Below, one piece after another: positions 54,050 through 64,000 of a stretch of DNA of 64,000 nt. The position numbers were made by a program, and so were the translations under genes. The stretch spans positions 63,860,001 to 63,924,000 of the forward strand of contig OZ024741.1 of the NCBI GenBank assembly GCA_964016885.1. The letters run 5' to 3'. The DNA is from Eledone cirrhosa. Taxonomy: Eukaryota. Position 1 is the first letter of the stretch; the number at the start of each line of letters is the position of its first letter. The notes below the pieces were generated by a model that ran no database searches, was not told the origin of the DNA, and worked only from the letters and a program-made list of their open reading frames with translations.

Positions 54050-54420
54050 ACAAGGCGTCTCCATTTGTATTTAGAATGGAATCGCCGTCCCTTCTAATCA
54101 TTCCTTTCCATGTCAGGTAGTCATTTCAATATGTACATTGAAGTTTCCCATTGGGATATATGAGATTTAACGCTAAAGTGATTTTTTCAAGGAAGTATCT
54201 GTATTCAGACTCTCGTGTTAGCGCATAAACTTGCACCACCCACAGAGACCTATCTTTCAGCCTAAACTTCAAAAGGCAAAACCTCCCTCCCAAAAGGATC
54301 CTTTCCATAACATATTCCGACAGCCAGGGACTTGTGAGTATCCCCAGTCCCGCCAGTGCAGACATTTCTGGCACCACACCTCAATAATAGAGATTCCATC
54401 CTCCATCCAAATCTACAGTA
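54050..54420 (-). pseudogene. RTE/Expander-type APE endonuclease fragment
   Basis: AGLGILTSPWL..RFCLLKFRLKDRSLWVVQVYALTRESEYRYFLE. Confidence 0.65.
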
Positions 54421-55380
54421 CCAGAGCCCCGGAACTTTATTGAAGAATCCCGGACTATATTTAACCGATAAACTGGCCTCTTCCACTAGTTTCCGTTTCT
54501 TATATGTAAACGTTTTAACGTTTAGGGTCTCGGAAGACGCAACCTCTGTGTATCCAGGATAGGTCACAGGCCCAACGCCAGTTCTCAAAGTGTTGGATGG
54601 AAATTGTAATATATTTTTCGAACAGGCCTCTCTATCAAAGTCCTGAATGTATCTTTTGTTATGCCGTGTGGAGGTTTTCAGAAGGATTTGAATGCTTGGG
54701 ATATAATACATACTGAAAGTGACGTGCAAAGAGACTGAAACAAGAATTGGTGAAACAAATAATGATTCTTGTAACTCTGCTAGGAAGAAAAGCCCAAATC
54801 ACCTTTGAATCACAACCTATAATGTATATGAAAAAGAAACAAAACAAGATGATCACGCCGAGAACAACTTTGATCTTAGGTCTAGTCAAATAGGGCTTAT
54901 ACCGTTGAACTAATCAATGACTGCTATTTATTTTAGTTACCACAAAGAATGAATGTGAACATGTACATAAATATTCAGAAAGTAAGGTAATTAGGCATGA
55001 ACTCTACCGGTTTATGTTGATTTTGCTTAACCCCAAATCAAAGTTGACGCAGAAAACTTAAGACCAAAGGAATTCCTGCTGTCAACTTGCTTTCAGGTAC
55101 ATTATATGATATACTACATCATCCGATGACTTGCCAACCGCTTTTTAGACCGTGCATGTAGTTCGATCGATGGAAAATTGACTGCCATCTGCAGAAAACA
55201 ATATTTACGGAAATTATGTTCATTCTGCTGTAAGAGTAGAATAAACAATCTTGTCTGCAAGAAGAACTGTAAAAATCTCACTCCATTAAATCTCAATACT
55301 TAATTAACTAGAAAGAATTATAGACTTGAATGAAAAAAAAAAATATAGATTCTTAATGAAAATGTTTGCTTAAATATAAT

Positions 55381-55568
55381 TGTTTCTACTTTTGGCACAA
55401 GGTCAGCAATTACCCGGTGTATTACTGGTACTTTATTTTATCGACCATGTAAGGATGAAAGGCAAAGTTAACCTCGGCGGGATTTGAACTCAGACCATAA
55501 AGGGCCGTATCTCTTTGCTGCAAAGCATGGCGTCCGACCCTCTACCGATACTGCCAATCCATCGCCCT
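55381..55568 (-). mobile_element. SINE family 1 with 16-bp TSD
   Basis: TTTGCTTAAATATAAT at 55365-55380 and 55569-55584. Confidence 0.9.
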
Positions 55569-57202
55569 TTTGCTTAAATATAATAATGATAAAACAACTC
55601 TAGACAAACAAAACACTTAATATACACAATGACGCAATATTAAGCAACAGCAAAATAATTATTAATGTTTTCTTAAAATTGTTGTTGTTGATTTTTATTT
55701 TAGTTAATACTATATCTAAAAGCTTAATAGACGTCTTAATGAGGAAGTGAATGATTCGTAAATTCATACGAAGAATAGATTAAAAGAAAAAATACTCAGA
55801 AGAGAGAGAAGGAAAGAGAATGAGAGAGAGAGAGGCATGGATGTGGGGAAAAGAGGGGAGATGTAATTTAAATCCAAATTTCCGTGTGCAAATAGAGTCT
55901 TAATAGATTTTGTTTGCCAATCCTCGGTGTTCGAGCGATATATAATGTAAACTAAAACAATTTATCTTTCTGAGACTAAGAAAATGATCACTCGCTATAA
56001 TTATGAATTATATTTCTTTAAACATTAAATTAACTATATAAATTGCACATTTTTAAAAAACATTGTTTGCTTCTAGGCAGGAGGAAGAGCACTCAAACTA
56101 GTTAAAATGATGCGGTGGATATTCAGTTCAATTTGATGCACTGCAAGTAGATCAACTGCATGTAAATGTAAACTGCGAATTCCAGTGAATTGCATTCTAA
56201 AGAGAAATCATTGGAGTTTAGTGACTCTCTCGGCTGAGTAAAAATAAGATGATATGTAAGATGGCTATCGGGTGGTCTAGAAAGGTCAAATTGAGAAGTA
56301 GCAAGGCTCTGTTTATTCGTGCAGATGGTGTCTCTGAGTAATTTCTCTGTGCAATTTATTTTCTAGAATTTAATAATTTTCTATACCCACTATCTCAAAA
56401 TATTGTACATCATTTTCATAATTCTCTCATCACTCCTTCGGCAAATATGTGAAGTTTATGTGTTGCTGTGCCTGAAGTTATCTGCCGTACTTCCTGGAAA
56501 ATCAAAATAATATTAATCATTAACAACCAATTTCTTTTCCTCAACGCATAATTATTTCCAATATTTTTTTATGATTTTCAACATATTAACGGTGATGTAT
56601 TAGTTTCTTACTTAAGTATATATCTGTTTATTAAATTATATTTTTACATAGGAATACGTGTATTTAGTTAATCAATCTGATTCAAGTACTCAAGTGGGCT
56701 CCAAAGGCTGGGAAAAATTGATAGGGTTTGAAGTCAGACTGAAAACTAAATACCAATAAACATTTCGTCGCGCAATGGAACATCTTCAATATCGCTTGTC
56801 CTGGTAAAAATAATACGTGTCTATGGAATACTTAGCCACAACTTACACGTTACTTTCACACACATGCCCTTTCATTGATTGTATCAACTGGAACATTTGA
56901 CATCAGAACCGAAGGAGGTCAAACACACTACACATGTACTCAAGTGGCGTGCATCCGGTTTTCATTTAAGATAGAATTGCGTGCCTGTAATAGCTTTGCT
57001 TTTCGAAAATAGTTTATAAGGAAAAGAAATAACAAGCTGATGAAATTATAATTATTCATCACGATCATTTCATTTAATTATCGGCAATAGAAGACTATTA
57101 TCTACAAGTCCTATACGAAAACGTCAAATCTACAAACAATTAGTAATACATTCACATCCTTAATAAGGGAAATGCAATTAAAGGCAACGAAATATACTTT
57201 TA

Positions 57203-57467
57203 ACTGTCATTAGAAATAATTGTTTCTACTTTAGGCACAAGGCCAGCAATTATCCCAGTGCATTACTGGTACTTTATTTTATCCACCCCGTAAGGATGAA
57301 AGGCAAAGTTAACCTCGGCGGGATTTGAACTCAGATCATAAAGGGACGTAACTATGCTGGAAAGCATGGCGTCCGACCCTCTACCGATACTGCCAATAGA
57401 AATAATTGTTTCTACTTTAGGCACAAGGCCAGCAATTACCCAGTGCATTACTGTCAATAGAAATAAT
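57203..57467 (-). mobile_element. Two SINE family 1 insertions at one target site
   Basis: ACTG(T/C)CA(A/T)TAGAAATAAT at 57203, 57389 and 57450 bracket a near-full SINE and a SINE tail of about 45 nt. Confidence 0.82.
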
Positions 57468-57639
57468 GACATGTATTAAGATTGTTAAATAAAATGAACA
57501 AAATATTATTATTATGAATACAGACTGAAGAATTTCTCTACACGTATAAATGTTTGAACTACATATCAATACAGACATACACACACGCTCGCATACACAT
57601 ATGCACAAACACGCGCGCACACACACATATGTAATTGTG

Positions 57640-57670
<31 letters not shown>

Positions 57671-57879
57671 ATATTAAATAAATGGAAACTATATTTATAA
57701 AACCATATTTATTCTATTATATATATTTCAAGGGTACCAAAAATACCTGGAAAAATATCTCTTCTACATAAATATATATATTCATAAAATATATATATTT
57801 AAATATATATGTGTATCCCGGGTTCAATCGGGGGTAACAATAGTAAGTAAGGTACTCAATAGATAGCAGAGTATAGATA

Positions 57880-58015
57880 TTTAATATAGAAATGGCTTCT
57901 ACAGGACTAGAACTGGTTCATTGGAAGGAAATCATCAGGAAGGTCCTGATGATTTCCTGATGATTTCCTTCTAATGAAACAGTTCTAGTCCTGTAGAAGC
58001 CATTTCTATATTAAT
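57880..58015. repeat. Fold-back containing HHR-like motifs (57953-57999 plus; 57896-57942 minus with GAAC), family L
   Basis: UUUC-CUGAUGA-uuuccuucuaau-GAAA-CAG..CUG-UA^GAAG; stem II barely pairs. Related sequence at 10915-10970. Confidence 0.5.
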
Positions 58016-58221
58016 TATATAAATATATATAAATATATATAAATTTAAGATAGTTGATTCAGCTATAAGAAAAGAATTTGAAAAACACCTGCCATTATAT
58101 TCATTGAAATGGAACCAGCAGGAGGGCACTTTTACAACGACTTTCTGAAACACTCCTTAAACACCCAAACACCTCCCAACTACATTCCCAATTAATTATC
58201 TTGCTGCTACCATTCACTATT

Positions 58222-58280
<59 letters not shown>

Positions 58281-58410
58281 GAGATTATATTTAATTTGTT
58301 GGGATACAACAAGCAAAATATTTTTATAACTGATATAAAGCACTCAACAAATTATTGGAGTAAATATACAATATATTAACAAATGGAAACTATATTTATA
58401 AAACCATATT

Positions 58411-58476
58411 TATTTCATTATACATATTTCAAGGGCCACCAAAGCAGATTACGGTGCGCTTTCATCAGATAAAATA
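58411..58476 (-). ncRNA. Type I hammerhead ribozyme, family B-like
   Basis: UAUUUUAU-CUGAUGA-AAG..ACC..GGU..CUU-GAAA-UA ug UA-UA^AUGAAAUA; 3' half repeated at about 57710-57740. Confidence 0.83.
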
Positions 58477-58945
58477 TAATATAGATCAGTTTATATATAA
58501 TATAATATAGATTAATATATATATATGCTTTAATTCCTTTAAAATTCAAAGTTTAAATCTTCATCAACATCCCTTCACTCCCACACTCATTAACCCCTGA
58601 CACACCCAAATCTCTTATATAGAGAGTCACACGTCTCAACAGCCTCATATCAGTTTGATAATCGTCACCAACGAATGCGAGAAAGTTCTCCAGGAAAGTT
58701 AACCAGGAATCTTTAAAAATCTCCCCACCGTAGTTTACAAAGAACTTACTTGATCTATAAAATCAAATTGTAAAATCATAATATTATGAAATAAAATTAA
58801 ATTGTTTAGAACTACAAGTGAAGGTATTCTTTTCCTTTTTTTTAAATATATATATATATATATATATAACAAAGAAATTGTAGTAAGGAATCAGGTGGAC
58901 CATACCGCACCAGAGTACTCGATACTTAGGGTAGTAGAGTGGGTA

Positions 58946-59055
58946 ATAGGAAAAGTGTCAGGGCCCCGACGGCTGAGCTCCAGCCGTTTCGACAGCGAGA
59001 TCGGATCTAGCTCTCGAAACGGTCGGAGCTCAACCGTCAGGGTCCTGACTCTTTT

Positions 59056-59060
<5 letters not shown>
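58946..59060. repeat. Imperfect palindrome of two HHR 3' halves (family of 43205-43326)
   Basis: 58865-58995 is homologous to 43125-43250. Confidence 0.82.
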
Positions 59061-59112
<52 letters not shown>

Positions 59113-59439
59113 GTATTAATTCAATTTATTTACAGAACGGTAAGCATATTTATTTATGAATGTCTTATAGATGTACATATTAATGTATAGGTGCTTTTAT
59201 ATCTATATACAAGCACGGTATTGATATTAGTAATATTAATGTTGAGAATATTTTCATACATATGATATATATCTTTATGAATATATTTCTCAATAACTGT
59301 CAGTATGTCAATCAGTGTGTACATATAACTAGACTGAAGCTGTTATTCGTAATTTAATATAGTCTGGTAGTATGCAATATGACTAGGCTTATTAATATAC
59401 ATATATATATAGAGATTTCGGCCAGTATTGGCCCAGGCC

Positions 59440-59900
59440 ATGTCGAACTTAATACCACCATATGGAGAAGTCTTTCAAATCATACTTCACACTCCAGTTA
59501 TGTTTTGGTCACCATGGCCCACTCAAGTAAGGAGTTATTGGTTTTGGAGATAATATCTGAGTGTAGGGGTTTATCCGTAATTTTTCCAAAGACGCTTTGA
59601 ATTTTATGGGATCTGTTTCTGTTTTATGTGTTTTGGTGTGATGTTAAAGAGAGCGGGACCAGTTGAGGCAAAAAATTGTGCCGTAATGTTGTTATGAAAT
59701 GCGAGTTTGAATTTTGTAGTGGGAGGATAGCACGGATTTTAAAGATGATGCCAACATGAGTTGGACAATGCTGATGGAATATTTTAATACAGATAATGTA
59801 GCGCCCACAGTGACGTTGGAAAGAGTAGAGTTTCAGCTTTTCTAATCGACCCAATAGTCAAGGCCTGTCATGCGGTCTATCTTTTTTGTAATTTTGAGCT
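59440..59900 (-). pseudogene. CR1/L2-group LINE 3' fragment
   Basis: RLEKLKLYSFQRHCGRYII resembles the CR1-type RL..L.LYSL.RRRERY C-terminal motif. Confidence 0.65.
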
Positions 59901-60349
59901 TCAATTTTTATAATACTATATTACGTGTGTGGAGACCACAGTGGACAACAATAATAATAAAAAGAGTTATTCGAGATCTCACCATCCTCTCAAATACTTT
60001 AACGATACGAGTTCCGAGTCGAATATTAGTTTTGGCAAATATCCTTACCGATAACCGATATTTGAATGATGCTTTATTTCTTTGACCTCTGAAGGATGAA
60101 TGGCGAAGTTGACCTCGACTGTATTTGGACTCGGAACGTAAAGAATCAGAAAAAATACAGCTAAGCGCTTTTTCCGACCGTCTAACCTCTGCCAATTGAC
60201 CACCCTTCCAGGATTCATAATATTTATTCCTAGTATAGGTGTGTGTGTGTGTGGGGGGGGGGGGTGTCTGCAGCTGTATCAGTGTGTGTGTGATGTTAGA
60301 CAGCCGCCGGTTCCGATGATGAGTGCTTGATTCAAGTGTAAGTGGTTGG

Positions 60350-60570
60350 GCTTTCATTAGACACGTGAATCCTTAACGTAATTCTCAAGAAGATTCAGCG
60401 TGACAAAATGTTTGATAAGGCTCCTCCCTTATGGATTACGGGTACAGCCCTTTTGCCAGATAATGACTGGAGCAGAGCAAACAAAAGCTTCCTGCTCAAG
60501 GTCACAATGCGCCACTCTGTCCAGGAACCCTAGTCACAACCTCACATCCGTGAGCCGAACATACAAACCA
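60350..60570 (-). mobile_element. Degenerate SINE family 2
   Basis: TGCTCAAGGTCACAATGC..CCAGGAA..CACAACC matches 3096-3215. Confidence 0.6.
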
Positions 60571-60578
60571 CTATATAC

Positions 60579-62718
<2,140 letters not shown>

Positions 62719-62731
62719 GTATATATATATA

Positions 62732-62767
<36 letters not shown>

Positions 62768-62825
62768 TATATATATATGTACATATATATATATATATGT
62801 ACATATATATATATGTACATATATA

Positions 62826-62861
<36 letters not shown>

Positions 62862-62871
62862 TATATACATA

Positions 62872-62960
<89 letters not shown>

Positions 62961-64000
62961 CTTGAGATTCTTGGTACTTAAACAGAAAATTTAATCTTTG
63001 AAGGTCTAAATTATATTATTGAAGGAAAGTACATATATTATATATATATGTTCCCCTTTTTAAAGTAACAAAGTTAATATTTGAATCGGATATGATATTT
63101 GCATTTATATTTATTTCTTATGTTAACGTTCCAAGATTTTAGAAATGACGTATGTATTTTTTTTTTCTTTATTTTTCAATTTTTGAGTTGCAGAAACTGA
63201 GCAACGCAAACAGAATTTCTAATAGGTAATGTTAAAATCAATTTTTTTAACGTTGGTCCTTAAGGGAAATATGTATGCATTTTATTTTCGCATGACTATT
63301 TATAAAACTCTTCAATATAGGTTACGAACCATCTGTACGGACACAAATTCAATCATGAGATGAGCAAAATCCAAAAATCGACTTTAGGTACTTTTCAAAT
63401 TTTGCGGTATCCTCTTTGAAAAACCTGTCTCATAGAGCATAATTTTTTGCACGCCAAAATTTCGAAAAATTTTAAATTTAAAACCAAAGGTTATTTTTCT
63501 TTAAATTGACCTTTCATCTGTAAAATATATAATATTTCGACTTTCGATGAGGTTTTTGAAGTAAAAAATTAGTTCTTGTTCTAAAAGGAGAGAAAAATAT
63601 TTCTTCCACTAAACTTATATGTCACAAATGTAGCGACTTTCATTTCTTGATTGAATATTGGAATGGTTTCTTTTAACAGCAAAACATGTTTAATCAATAT
63701 CCTTAGATTTCATATGCAGTATCTTTGAAAAGTGTCCAGTAAATAGGTAAACTTCTCGTAAAAAACGGAATTCTAACGCTTCTACTTTCGCTGGAAATTG
63801 TGTTGCATAATTTTTGAATTTAATATCAAAACGTTTTTGGATTTTTAGGATCGTGATCAAAATGATCCGTTGTATTTATTTTGTTGTCTTTAATATTTTC
63901 AACCAATTGCGAGAAATAGTAAGATTTTGGAAACAATTTCCTACAACTTGATTGAGCAATGAAGTTCGGTTTTTGGACCTACCGAAAAATGACGAAATAC

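Noticed and set aside
55100-56520. Possible host exons after TTTTCCAG or TTTCTGCAG acceptors on minus
   Set aside because: Short frames, no recognisable protein motif, no matching donor; needs RNA-seq.
63255-64000. Possible non-autonomous DNA transposon at the window end
   Set aside because: No second terminus, TSD or coding motif visible within the window.

Overview
AT-rich, microsatellite-dense animal DNA; the SINE and microsatellite landscape suggests a cephalopod (octopus-like) genome, which is an inference. I find no supportable host protein-coding exon; essentially everything recognisable is mobile DNA. Three layers stand out. (1) Penelope-like elements of the Naiad type (RT plus C-terminal GIY-YIG) and their pseudo-LTR derivatives. 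These carry over 20 type I hammerhead ribozyme (HHR) motifs of about a dozen sequence families, read by hand. They include two retrozyme-like tandem arrays: a 422-bp unit at 3.4-6.4 kb that is the 3' pLTR of a Naiad at 46.9 kb, and a 595-bp unit at 60.7-62.7 kb with a compensatory U3-A8 core. Nearly all intact HHRs are on the minus strand. (2) A 13.5-kb stack of non-LTR retrotransposons inside one (AAT)n tract at 24.5-38.0 kb: five Dong/R4-type copies, one with an uninterrupted 1130-aa ORF, plus an antisense Tx1/L1 element. (3) tRNA-derived SINEs, RTE/CR1 fragments, a pogo/Tigger and a Tc1/mariner-type deletion derivative, a Helitron-like element and many fold-backs. Ribozyme structures were paired by eye; no activity was tested.
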